From the NCBI RefSeq assembly GCF_006345805.1, contig NC_042999.1, forward strand, positions 102,734,001-102,798,000: a DNA stretch of 64,000 nt, in the 5' to 3' direction. This document shows, one piece after another, positions 48,342-60,019 of this stretch. How positions within the stretch are numbered: position 1 is the first letter of the stretch; every line of letters starts with the position of its first letter. The DNA is from Octopus sinensis. Its lineage: Eukaryota. The position numbers were made by a program, and so were the translations under genes. Under the pieces are notes generated by a model. The model was given only the letters and a program-made list of their open reading frames with translations, did not search any database and was not told where the DNA came from.

Positions 48342-49290
48342 TGTTCGCTCTTCATGATAACCTGATCAAAGGTTACGAAGAAGGTATTGAAGCAAATCCA
48401 GTTCAACGAGTACCAGGCACATAGTGCGAGCACCCCGAAGCCCAAGTTTCAAATCTGTAGTGACTACTCAGTATCAACGATCAACTAGAGGAACACCGTC
48501 ATCCAATGCCACCCCCATAGGAACTGATGCAGAAGCTGGAAAGTGGATACGGTTACACGAAGATTGACCTTGCTGATACCTACAACCAGATCAAACTGGC
48601 ACCAGAGAGTCAACAAAGTCTAGCCCTCAGCACTCACTATGGAGCACTCCTGCAGCAACGACTCCCATTTGGAATCAGGTCAGCGCCTGGTAACGTCCAG
48701 GAGATCCTAACCAGTGATCTGCCTGGAGTGCCGTCTTCCAAGACGATATGCTTGTCAGCGGGCAAGGCGCCAATGACCACTTGAGCAACCTGGGTCCTTT
48801 GCTCTCACGTCTGAACAACAAAGGACTCCGATGCCGTTGTAAAAAGTGCCTGTTCCCACAACCCTGTTGGAATATCTTGGCTGCACCTTATCGGCCAAAG
48901 GATTCGCGAAGGGATCCAAGGTCGAAGCAATCGTGAAAATGCCACCTCCTGCAGACGTCTCAAGCTTAAAGTCTTTGTTTGTTTCAGTTCAGTTCTACGG
49001 GAAGTTCATCCCAAACCTGGCCACTACGGCCAAACCACTTTATCTCTCAACAAAGAAGGCAACTCCCTGGAAGTGGGGAGATGAGGAACAAGTAGTGTCT
49101 GAACAGTTGAAAAGTTTTTCATCAGATCAAATCCCTGTACATTTCGACCCAGACAAGCCTCTAAAACTGGCTTGTGATACGTCCAACGTTGGAATTAGAG
49201 TGGTCTCGTTTCATCGCTATCTGGATGGAAGCGAGTGCCCAATTCCCAATATGTCCAAGACACACATCTGCAGAAAGACACAACAGCCAA
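48342..49290 (+). mobile_element. Ty3/Gypsy pol fragment (RT-RNase H), frameshifted
   Basis: YTKIDLADTYNQI, QRLPFGIRSAPG, EYLGCTLS, VQFYGKFIPNLA, LKLACDTSNVG. Confidence 0.9.
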
Positions 49291-49619
49291 ATACACAAGG
49301 AAACCCTAGCCAGTTCTACAAATATAAATATAAAACGTAATACTTTGACCACTTTATACATCTATGTACACTTTATACTTGTATACATCTATACATCACA
49401 TATAGAATGCAAGATAAAATCCTGGATACATATTGCACAAAATTATTATGGATTACTGCGGAGGATTTACCAAGGATGCATACACAGACTTCAAACATTT
49501 TGTACAAAAGTGTACCTACGAAAATCAAAGCCAGTAACTTATTAATTTTTTAAAAAAAGACACCCTATTCCTATATTCTTTCATATTTTAAAAATAGCAT
49601 TCGATTAATTATACAAATT

Positions 49620-50230
49620 TCACCCTCTCCATCTCTGATGAGCGGAACTATTGCCTGTCCACGTTTATCAATCTTGGATTTCATTATAAAGGCAATACTT
49701 TTGCGAAACGATCGTAAGATGCGTTAAATACTTAAACTTTTAAACCGTCACACTATATATTTACAAAAAATCTTTGTGAAAAAATTTTTGATATTGATTT
49801 TCCTGCTATCATTTCACAATATATAATCGCTCGTATTAAATGTTTAAATACTTTAATAATATTAATACTTTGACACTTCTATACAAAGAGCACTCATTTT
49901 AAATTCAGTATAACACATTCTCATAGAATATATTTAATTAAGGATATATATTGAGCTCTATATATAAAGAGCACTTAATACTGGATTTATTAAGCATGGA
50001 AAAGCAATATCTGGGAATATCACTTAAAGATATACAGATTCCTTCTAAAGACACATACTTATTATCCTCACTTCAGAAAACCAACGTCTTAATAAAAGAA
50101 TGAGATGGAAGGCATTCTTTTATGATAAAGGAACTGTAAAAGTTTCACGGAATATATTCCGCAAAACTTTTGACAAAACAATAATTTAACAGTTACTAGA
50201 AATACAGGAGGACAGAAGCTTGTGTGAAAA
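49620..50230 (+). mobile_element. Penelope-like element 5' region (pLTR with hammerhead and ORF start), truncated
   Basis: ATG at 49996 opens MEKQYLGISLKDIQIPSKDTYLL...(frameshift)RMRWKAFFYD, matching the recalled N-terminus of marine-invertebrate PLE ORFs. Confidence 0.7.
49630..49721 (+). ncRNA. Type I hammerhead ribozyme with extended stem II
   Basis: CATCT-CTGATGA-GCGGAAcTATTGCC...GGCAATAcTTTTGC-GAAAC-GATC-GTA-AGATG; all core nucleotides canonical; palindromic ACGATCGT; predicted cleavage after 49716. Confidence 0.85.
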
Positions 50231-50423
50231 ACTGGTTGGTTACCTTTCAAATAATTGTATTATCGAAGGTAAAAAGTTCACTCGGCAAGGATAGTCTTTC
50301 TTATCCTATTGGCGACGCCACTTTGCTGTACTTTTTTCATTCACTCGCAAAGAAGATAAGTGATACTCCAGATAGGTTTTGTTATGTTTTAATACAGACT
50401 TATCCACCCGAAAACTCTTTATC

Positions 50424-52420
50424 TTTATTGCCCACATTGGCAATAAACACAGAAGGGGCAACACAAAGACAAGTGGGAACACATACCAAATAAAAGATTG
50501 GTGTATGTTATAATCAATAATAAGATAAAGATGAGAAATGGAATGAAGTTTCCTCAGCCCCACCTCTGAGTTACTTCATTTTTACCTCCGTTCATTTTTT
50601 TCTTTTTGAACCCGGAGCCTTCTAAAATATCTACTCTGTTCTCTTTCAGTAGAAATGTGTAGTTCATATTCCGTGGCATATTTTGCATGTCCAGATCGAC
50701 TTGCCATACTGTAAGTCCTTTTATGAATTTAAAAATTTTCTGCCTTTGGTTCTCATCCAACAACAGGCAGCAATGCCACCCTTGCACGTTGTCGAACTTG
50801 CAAGTGTCCACTGCTCTAATGTCCTTCCACATTTTTTATTTCTTCACACAAATTTTTATTTGTGTTATCATATATCATTACATAGTTTCCTTTCTTCTTT
50901 TTCCCGGAGAAGGGGAGGTTGAATTACTTTTGTCTGACTGTGTTTGTTTTCATGTTGGAAAGGACGGGTAGATTCAGTGTCTGTAGGGAGCGGGTGTGAA
51001 GAAGAGGGTGTGGGTTTCAGTATTTATTTTACCTGGTTTCCTTTTTCTCTTCCTTTTCTTCCCTAGTATCACCCATTCGCCTTCTGTTCCGCTTACTTCT
51101 GATTCTGTTGGTGATGGTACTATTTTCTCCTTTTCCCTTGCCGGTTCTTCCTTTTCCTTGTAGAGGGCAGCTTGCTCTAATGTGACCTTTCTGACCACAC
51201 TTGTAGCACCTGGGTATCCTGCCCTCTACTCTGACTACCTTTGTTGTGTCTCCAAGCACTATTGTTTCCGGTAACTCTTCTATTACATCATTCGGTTCCC
51301 ATATCACCATATTTAAGGATTGCCCTTTCTAGTTCCTTGCTTCCGTCTTGGTGGCCTGGAGAACCTCCATCTCTTCCTCGTTACCAAGCAATACTGCGGC
51401 TACTATTCAGGCTACGTCGACATCCGGGGGGGGAGGTTCCCTCTACGTTGACCCTTATAGCATTCTTTCCCCCATATATTGGCAACATCACTACTTCCTC
51501 GTTTTTTTAATATTTTTGACGAGTTCAAATTTGCACTGCCTACATCATTAAATTGGACTTTAATTGTACCAAATTTTCTGCCTCTTGTTAAATACATAAT
51601 ATCCATCCTTCCATACGGGCCTTAGTACCTTCACTTGGGTTGTCGTCATCTCTTTAATTCTTCCTTCGGCCACTGAGTGTGTTTTATACTCTACAGTACA
51701 TCTCGTTATTTTATCAATTATTGACACAGTTACTTCCACTTTTGTTCCGTCCCTTTTTATCATTTTTGGAGTATTTCTTCCACTCTTTAAAATCCACATT
51801 ACTTCCTGATATTTTAGCCACTTCTGCGAACCTTCTTTCATTCCTGTTGACCCACCAAGTGTCCGACTGCTCAGAATCGGACACCTCAGTGTAGCTATTA
51901 TCTGAGGAGGAGGCGTTGAAAGGTGATATGCGAGGATTTTCGTTTGTTTTGTTGTGTTATTTGTGTTGATTGCCGTGATGTTGATGACAGATTCTGGAGA
52001 ATGCGGTTCAAGTGTGTGTGAACATGTGTGGAAGGTTGTGCTTGTATTGTGGTGTGTGTCTTGGGACGGAAAGGATCAGGGAAGTGTTTTTCTTTTTTTT
52101 AAGCCACTGCTTCCCATTTGTGATCTGTTGTGGGGTTGCCTTGCCTTTTTGTGGTAGTGTTTGTGCTCAATTCATTTTCTTTGTCAGTAAATTCTTGTTC
52201 ATTGTTGTACATTTGGGTGTCCTTCTTCGTGTTTAACGTATATTTTGGGTTTTTTTTCTGTGTTCACTTCCTCCTGGGAAACATTTCTTGGTACATCTCA
52301 TTAAGTTTGTTGATATTGGGGACGTTGTTTGTGTTTTGGCTGGAACCCACAGTTTTAAAAACGTGTAAATAAATTACACAAGATGTTTCAAAAATGTTCA
52401 ATTCACCCCTTAAAGGGGGA
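50424..52420 (-). mobile_element. Tx1-like unit F: ORF1 only (frameshifted), with 3' motif and AATAAA
   Basis: RGRKFGTIKVQF; CYKCGQKGHIRASC; no RT before AATAAA at 50424-50429. Confidence 0.78.
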
Positions 52421-52480
52421 ATTTCTAGACTCGATACTTCCCCTCTTAAGCAGGTTCAGAGCTGATAACACACATATTTC

Positions 52481-53104
52481 TTTATTGGCTACTGAGGGCC
52501 CAACATAGAAGGGACGGCACAAGGATGGACAACACAATGTGGGGACATAAAACATAGACAAATGAATGGGATGAATTATTAAATGAATGAGGATGAAATG
52601 GCTACTGAACCCCACTTTCAGTAGTACCATTTGACTGCATTTTCTTTCATTGTTTATCATTTTGGTATAAAAACAAATACTTACCATATTATATAGGTCA
52701 CCATATTCCACTACTGGAGGTAGTGTCAAATCTCACCTCTGGTTCTATTTTTTTCCTAAATGTTTCTTTTAATTTCTTAAAGTTTTCTGTGTCAATAATG
52801 ACACATTTCATGTCTGCTGGGTGGGTACTCCACTTCTGGTATTTTAACTTTTATTGCTGTTTTTATTTTATTTATCTTTTTCTCAATGGCCGAGCTCTTC
52901 ATATAGGTCATAATATATGTCTAGAGAGGTTTGTCGATTAAATATGTCTGTTTGTGTGTCTATTTGTCTGTATACCTACTGGGAGAAGCGGGATTGTTTG
53001 CAGTGATTTTTTTTTTTTTTTATGGGGTGTCTGCAGAGGTGAGATGGGTGTTCTGTCTGTCTGTGTTTTCTGCATGTTGAATAATGTCTTGTTCGATTTC
53101 CTAC

Positions 53105-53144
<40 letters not shown>

Positions 53145-53375
53145 ACGTTTTTGGAGGTGAGTTTTTTGACTGCTTCCTCTTCCTGCTTGGAACTTCCTGG
53201 AATTCTTCGATTGGATGTGTTGTTTCTGTGTTTTCGATGTCGTTGTTCTTCTCATTTTGGTTTTCCTCTTCAGGCATTTGGTTATTAATTTGGGGGCAAT
53301 TCGCTTTTATATGTCCCCTCCTCCTACAGTGATGGCAGGTGGGAGGTCTTCCCTCTATCACTACTCGTAGCTTTA
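52481..53375 (-). mobile_element. Tx1-like unit G: 5'-truncated ORF1 C-terminus running directly into the 3' motif
   Basis: CHHCRRRGHIKANC; 3' motif at 52507-52548; AATAAA at 52481-52486. Confidence 0.75.
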
Positions 53376-53524
53376 CATCTAATAACTAATGGATGATTTT
53401 TGTTTTTAATCACACGATACAGGTTAGTTTATGAGCATTGCTTAGATTAGACTATATTTATCAGTTTGCACGGGGCTGAATTGCCTAGATCTACTGTGTT
53501 ATACAGGAAGTTATGTTATTCATA

Positions 53525-55896
53525 TAATAATAATAATAATAATAATAAACATTGTGTACAGTGCTCAGGTGCACTACAACTCATCTAAAGTGCATATATA
53601 ATCAGGTGTAGTTTCGACGGATTTCGGAAAGCATGAGGGCCTTAAAGGATGCAGTGTCATGGCAGTCAACAACTGACGCAGGCAGTTTATTCCATGCTTT
53701 AGCAACTCTGAGCGTGAAGAAATGTTTCCGAAAGTCATGGGAGCTGTGTTGTTTTCTGACTTTGTAGGCATGTCCACGTGTGTTAGACACATGGAGATCA
53801 AAACGGTGTTCAGTGTTGTTATTGGTGAGGTGGTTGACAACTTTGTGGGCGTTTACCAAGTCCGTTGCCAGACGCCGGAGCTTCAGTGAATCCATGCCCA
53901 GGGAAACAAGGCGCTCAGAATATGGTAAGTGTCTGATGGAGGGTATGCGTTTGGTTGCACGTCTCTGAACAGATTCCAGGAGGTCAATGTTCTGAGCAAG
54001 ATAGGGGTTCCAAACTAATGATGCGAATTCCAAGTGTGGTCGTACCATAGCTGTATACAGTTTTAAATAGATGGCTGGAGAGCGGCTAACAAAAGTCTTG
54101 CTGAGTGATGCCAAGACACCCTCGGCCTTCTTGACAATTTTAGAGATATGCTTTGTCCAACGCAAATCACTGCTGACAGTGATTCCTAGGTCACGCTCGC
54201 AAAAGGATTTCTTGATATCAGTGTTGTGGAGGGAGTATGTGGACGCAGGGTTTTTTCTCCCAAAAATGCATGGTGGTACACTTGTCCACAGCCAGTTTCA
54301 GTTGCCAGTCTGTGATCCATTGCTGCATTGTGTCCAGGTCTGATTGCAGGAAAGAGCTGTAGACAACAGGATCTGTCCTCTTGATTTCAAGGTACAGCTT
54401 GATGTCGTCTGCATATTTTAATACTGTGGCATTCTTTAAATTTGCATCTATGTCATTAATGTATGCCCCAAACAAGACGGGACCAAGGACGGTACACCCG
54501 ATGACATCTCATATGGTGTAGAATGCTGTCCTAGAACTGTGACTACCTCCTTTCGGTTGAGAATGAAGGATTTCAACCAGTTAAAAAGGTCATCCCTCAC
54601 ACCCGTTGCAGAGAGTTTCACCATAAGCCTTTTGTGTGGCACAGAGTTGAAAGCCTTAGCAAAGTCAAGGTAGACAACATCCACCCATGAGCCACTGTCA
54701 GTGATCTGAGTAATGTCCTCAAGGAACTCGACAAGCTGATCACTGCAGCTGGAGTTAGGGACAAATCCATATTGTGAGGGTCGGATGAGACTGTGTGAGC
54801 TCCAGAAGTTCCAAAGTGTTTCTCTGACACACGATTCCATCAGTTTTGCAATACAGCTAGTGAGACTGACTGGGCGATAGTTGACAGGTTATGTGCGGTC
54901 GCCCTTTTTGAACAGAGGAATGACACTGGCAGTTTTCCACTGTTCCGGAGTAGCACCATTGTTGAGACAGTACTGGAAGAAAATAGAGAGCTGGTGTAAA
55001 AGGAAGTACCTGCCACGTTTGAGAAGCAGGTATGTAACTCCATCAAGACCGGGGGGGGGGGGCATAGTTGCGCTTATTTTGAAGGTGACGTCGCAGCATT
55101 GCAGGTGTAAATTCCATAGTTGTTATGGAATTTGCTGTTAGAGATTGTGAAGATGGTACATTTTGATTTTCAACAGTGAATATGTTTGCATAGCACTCGG
55201 CAATGAGTTCTGCGCATTCCTTGGGGTCGTCAGTGATCTGGTTTGTGTGAGGGTTGCGAAGAGGGCCCACTGGAGAGTGAGGTCTCTGCTTCGAATGCAC
55301 ATATTTCCAGAAAACCTTGCTGTCAGGATTGGCTGCTATGCACTGTTCAAATTCAAGCACTGCTTTTTTTGTCACTTGCTTGAGATGGTTGGAAGATTTA
55401 TTCCGCTTCTTCCTGTTGGTGTCTGATTTATGCAACTTGTATTCCCGTTCAGCAGTTCGATGTTCCTTCCTGGCAAGTCGGACCGCTGAAGTTTCCCAAA
55501 TTGCACTTTTGGGGCGGTTCTTCTTTTTCTGTTTACATGGCACTGATGCTGCACATGCTGCCCATATTGAGTCCAGGATACTCTGGAGTATAGTATTCAC
55601 ATCTTCAGAGTTGTAGAATTCACGCCAGTTTGGGTGCTGTAGTTCAGTGTGGTACAGGTTCCAATCTGCTCTCTTCCAATCGAAGGAAGCAGATTGGAGA
55701 TGGTTCAGGTTTTTGTTGTTGCCTGCAAGAGCCAGATTGGCGATGATCATAGCATGATCAGAGTCGCCTAGAGGTTCCTCCGTAGTGCAATTCATAACCG
55801 CTTCAGGAGTTGTGGTGAAGAGCAGGTCCAAGGTGTTGTCGCTTCTTGTTGGAGAGGTGACTACTTGTGACCAGTTTGAGTCCAGTGAATTCAAAT
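53525..55896 (-). mobile_element. CR1/L2-group LINE, 5'-truncated (end of APE domain plus RT), frameshifted, (ATT)n tail
   Basis: PTRSDNTLDLLFT, NYRPVSLTS, YLDFAKAFNSVPH, KYADDIKLY, RPHLEF, RKHFFTLRV..AWNKLP; tail at 53525-53548. Confidence 0.92.
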
Positions 55897-55939
55897 TTTT
55901 CGGACACTGTCATGCCTTTGGATGTCAGAAGTGAAAGTA

Positions 55940-56250
55940 GAAAAATCTGACGTCAGACGTCAACTTCGTGTATTTACGTCGTCATGTTTAAACTTTCGTT
56001 TATTTACGCTTTAATTTACGCCGTTTATTTACGTACCACCACGCTAGGTTTATAAAAGCTTGAAGTTAATTTTAAAAATAAATGTGATACTTATTCTGTT
56101 TAAACTTTATAAATAAATATATTCTTGCATTATTCATTATTGTTTTTAAAAAAGAAATCACACCAAATCTGCACAAATGAACCCCCATGACCATCACCGC
56201 GATTACATACACCAATCAGAATGACCACTGACCACCACGTGCGTAATTCA
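55940..56250 (+). promoter_or_regulatory. Promoter-like region upstream of the transposase
   Basis: TGACGTCA (55948-55955), four ATTTACG motifs, a CCAAT box (~56211) and CACGTG (~56236); motif presence only. Confidence 0.3.
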
Positions 56251-56317
56251 AACTTTGAAATTTATTCAGTTAGAAACTTTCAGTGTGATTATCAACACGT
56301 GCGAAACAATTTTTAAT

Positions 56318-57223
56318 ATGGCTTTTGCATATCCAAGTTTAAGAGGAATTAGTCACCGCGATATTACCATGGCCACGGCTACAACAGCAGATAGCATTAA
56401 TTGGCTTAAGAGACATGGCCTTTTGAATACCCGGAAAATATGTATATCGTGTGGAGGTAGCATGAGTGAAGTAGCGAAAAAAAGTATATCGGATGAAGTA
56501 ATATGGTCGTGTGGAAGGCCTTGTAGAAAATCCGTGTCAATTAGAAAAGGAACATTTTTAGAAAATAGTAAATTGAAGTGTCAACAAATCATAGATATAT
56601 TGTTTTACTGGGCCAAAGAAGATTTAGCAAAAGGAATAGGACAGGAATGTCATTTAGCAAATGTAGCCGTGACAGATTGGAGGAATTTTTGCCGCGATAT
56701 ATGTGCAGAATATTATGTTGCACAGAATATTAAGCTGGGAGGACCCAACAGAATCGTAGAGATAGACGAAACCGCGTTTGTTAGGAGAAAATATAATGTT
56801 GGCCATCGGGTTAAAACGCAGTGGGTGTTTGGTGCTTTAGAAAGAGATACCAGAAGATGTATTTTAGTGGCAGTGGAAGATCGGACAGCGGACACTCTTT
56901 TACAAATTATACGAGAGCGTATATTGCCTGGTACAACCATAATTTCCGACCTTTGGCGTTCGTATAATACACTCAGTCAGCGAGGATACAGACATTTGAC
57001 CGTGAATCATTCAATAAATTTTGTTGATCCGGTAACATTTGCCACAACCAACCACATAGAATGTTTATGGAAACACGTAAAGAATCGAAATAGAAGAGAA
57101 TGTGGAACAGCCAGAAATTTACTTCAGACCCATCTCATCGAATTCATGTGGCGCTATGAATTTAAGGACGATATATTCGGAAAGTTGATAGAGCAAATTC
57201 GACAGCTATATCCATGTGTTTGA
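56318..57223 (+). CDS. Intact Merlin/IS1595-family (ISXO2-like) DDE transposase, 301 aa
   Basis: N-terminal CxxC...CxxxC; VEIDET, ISDLWRSY, VNHSINFVDP and TNHIECLW motifs; first ATG at 56318. Confidence 0.92.
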   Translation: MAFAYPSLRGISHRDITMATATTADSINWLKRHGLLNTRKICISCGGSMSEVAKKSISDEVIWSCGRPCRKSVSIRKGTFLENSKLKCQQIIDILFYWAKEDLAKGIGQECHLANVAVTDWRNFCRDICAEYYVAQNIKLGGPNRIVEIDETAFVRRKYNVGHRVKTQWVFGALERDTRRCILVAVEDRTADTLLQIIRERILPGTTIISDLWRSYNTLSQRGYRHLTVNHSINFVDPVTFATTNHIECLWKHVKNRNRRECGTARNLLQTHLIEFMWRYEFKDDIFGKLIEQIRQLYPCV

Positions 57224-57581
57224 GATATACAGAGTATAAGTATTTTCGGAATGTTTAGTCGCTAACCTGTCTGAGCAAGCTTAAATGTGTTTTCCCTATT
57301 AAAACAATGGCGGAAAAAGCTGAAACTGTTTCACAACATATGGACAAGTATGAAGCACACAATTTTTATGACTTGTGTGCTGTTTACTGGATTGCATTTT
57401 TCATACAGTCAGTAATTTCTTGGGATAAATGGTATGAGATAAAGCAAGAGATATCATTAAGAATAATGTAAAGCTAGAGAGTATGGAAAGTAACTATAAA
57501 AACTATTATTTAATTTATTTCACTTCAGCTACATCTCAAATGAACATTAATGACCATTAATCTAATAAAGTATTAGTTTAA

Positions 57582-58102
57582 CCCTTTCGTTACCAAACCG
57601 CCCTTTTTCGAATGAGCCTATTTGAAATCATTACGGCGGAAACGAACCGTTACGCTAAACGTAAACAAAGCGAAAGAAAGGATAGTTAGTGGTTTCCCAC
57701 AACCTTAAATGAAATTAAGGCCTATTTTGCCATAAATATTATTATGGGTATCAGAAAGTTACCCAGAATAACAAATTCTATCGTAAAATTTTGTTGTATA
57801 CCCAATTGAATATTAGCTAATAACCCATTTTCTATAGCGATGTTTGAACAAAATTTTAATAATTTTATATATTGTTGAATTTACCTGTATCTACCTGCAA
57901 TTAGTCACTTTGTGACAAAAATTATAGTATAGAATTGGTTGAGAACATTTCATTAAATTATCTTCCAAAATTCATGTTAATATATTGATGAATAAAAAAG
58001 TTATAGTTGTTTAATGAAACCAGACTAAATTTATGATTACGTTAGAAATTAATTGAAACACATAAGGGGTGTATTTTGGTCAGAAATATAGTAACGAAAG
58101 GG
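57582..58102 (+). mobile_element. Internally deleted piggyBac (521 bp)
   Basis: TTAA-CCCTTTCGTTAC ... GTAACGAAAGGG-TTAA; remnant ETNRYA...PTTLNEIKAYFAINIIMGIRKLP. Confidence 0.88.
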
Positions 58103-60019
58103 TTAATGTGTTCTCTTTTGTAGCTTTTGAGTAAAAAAAAAAAAATTAAAATGCTGATTGCTTGGAACCGTGAAAAACATGTTACATCTGTACACTTGTG
58201 TATGTTTGTGGAGGGTGTATAGTTTGATTCTTGTTTAATCCAAGGCCAGTTCTCATTAAGCAAACCAGTGATGAAAGAGTTTTGGGATTACATAATCTAA
58301 TTTATATCCATTCAAGACAGTATGCCTCTTATTTCTTGATCAAGTGTTGGACATAGATATTTATAGACGCCGTTCATCAAAATCTACAATTTTGCAATAG
58401 TTCGCCGCAGATACCCTTTTCTCTGTTTAAGATGAGAATTTCACTTTCATTGGGGTATGGGCATAAATTTTTCTTTTTTTTTACTCCGATATACGATCTG
58501 TTGGGATTGTCGATATTTTAATAGAGCAATCCAGCAGTATCTAATGGTTGAATGCATAAAATGTACAATAGGTGTAGCACGTGCATCAAAAAGCAGTTAT
58601 TACGTCGCAGATATTTTTAGAAAAGCTGCTTAAAAATGCATGACCATATAGTTAAAATTGCTTTGTAACTATGCGGTTTTGGCGTGATCCCATTACTAGG
58701 CAGTTTGGGCATGTGTAATCTACCAGAGCGTCGGGTAGATCAATTCTTTGTAGGTAGAATTTGGTTGTCGAAAACTCTTTGGAAGTTTGTTGAGAAGTAA
58801 AATTATGTAACTTTGTAAGAGAACTGAAAAAAAAAAAACTACGTCATAAACTGTCCTTCCAAATAATTTGTTTTGCATTGAATTACAGAAACTCTCTCTT
58901 GATTTTCAGTGCTGGAAATACAATAAACCAGCAATTAGCTCGTTGGAAGCATGTAGCCAACAATGTTATTGCTTATCACCTGTGAAATAAAACGTGTGTC
59001 TGCCACTCTGGTACAACACAGCCAACTTCATACAGTTACTTCATGTAAAAAAAAAAAGCGTTAGTGTGAAGGGAAACAACTTAATAAACATGTTTGCAAG
59101 GGAAGTAACTCTTTAAAATAAGAGTGACGTTTAAAACCGTCAAGGCAAGGAGACATTATAATACGCACACATACATATATGTGTATAGTTATAAATTATA
59201 CTATTTTATATAGATTGTTAACGTTAACAATACTCAGAAACAGGCTAGAATCGAAGTGCTCAAATTGAGCTAAGTTCCAATTTATAATTTAAATGGAGGC
59301 AATGGGAACGGGAAACTAGAGGAACATGACCTATTATCCAGCAGAATATTCAGTATATATGTGTACTTTCTTCGGCATTAATAAAGCAAAATAAAGTTCG
59401 AAATAATAGTAGTATTAAAAACATACAAGCATGCAAATATTTAAAAATACGTTGGCATTTTAAAAATATATAAACACATAAATAGATATAAAGAACGTCG
59501 ATATGATATAAGACAGTGAATTATAAATTCACACGATGTGATATAAAGGAATAAAAATTTACAAGTGAAAACACAAGCATATAACCTATATAAAACACGT
59601 AGGTATTTAAAAATATTAAAAAATATATATATCACAGGTGCCAATACGTTGAATCGAACCCATAATGCTGTATTCTCTATCCTACTTTCGAATGTCTCAG
59701 TCTGGCTGCTTTTTCATCATCTAATAATACTGCTTTCTTGTTTCGATTCTCCTCTTTATCTGCAAGTTTCACTCTGATAACTCCTTTCATTCTTGCTATC
59801 AATTTTTCAATTTCTACGCTTTTCTCGTATCTCATATACGTTCTTTCGTATTTTCCTTTACGTGGCCTTCTTTCAACATTCTCTGTATATAATGACGATG
59901 AAAATGACTTTCTACCCACCAAAGTAGAAAGTTGCATTTTACTGTTCAGTTTGTATCTTTTCTACTGTTCAGTTTATATATTGTTTTACTATTCGGTTTG
60001 TATCTCTCTTTTTTAAGCT

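Noticed and set aside
50230-50420. GIY-YIG endonuclease remnant (KTYLEYHLSSLRVNEK) on the minus strand
   Set aside because: Too short and too divergent to call without a profile search.
44523-52690. U1 snRNA gene fragments (ACTTACCTG or ATACTTACC on the plus strand)
   Set aside because: Only 9 nt match and none of the U1 body follows. They are better read as splice-donor-like sites on the element strand.
39691-53375. Telomeric location for the Tx1 array (HeT-A analogy)
   Set aside because: No TTAGGG-type repeats are present, and other elements continue on both sides. The analogy is structural only.
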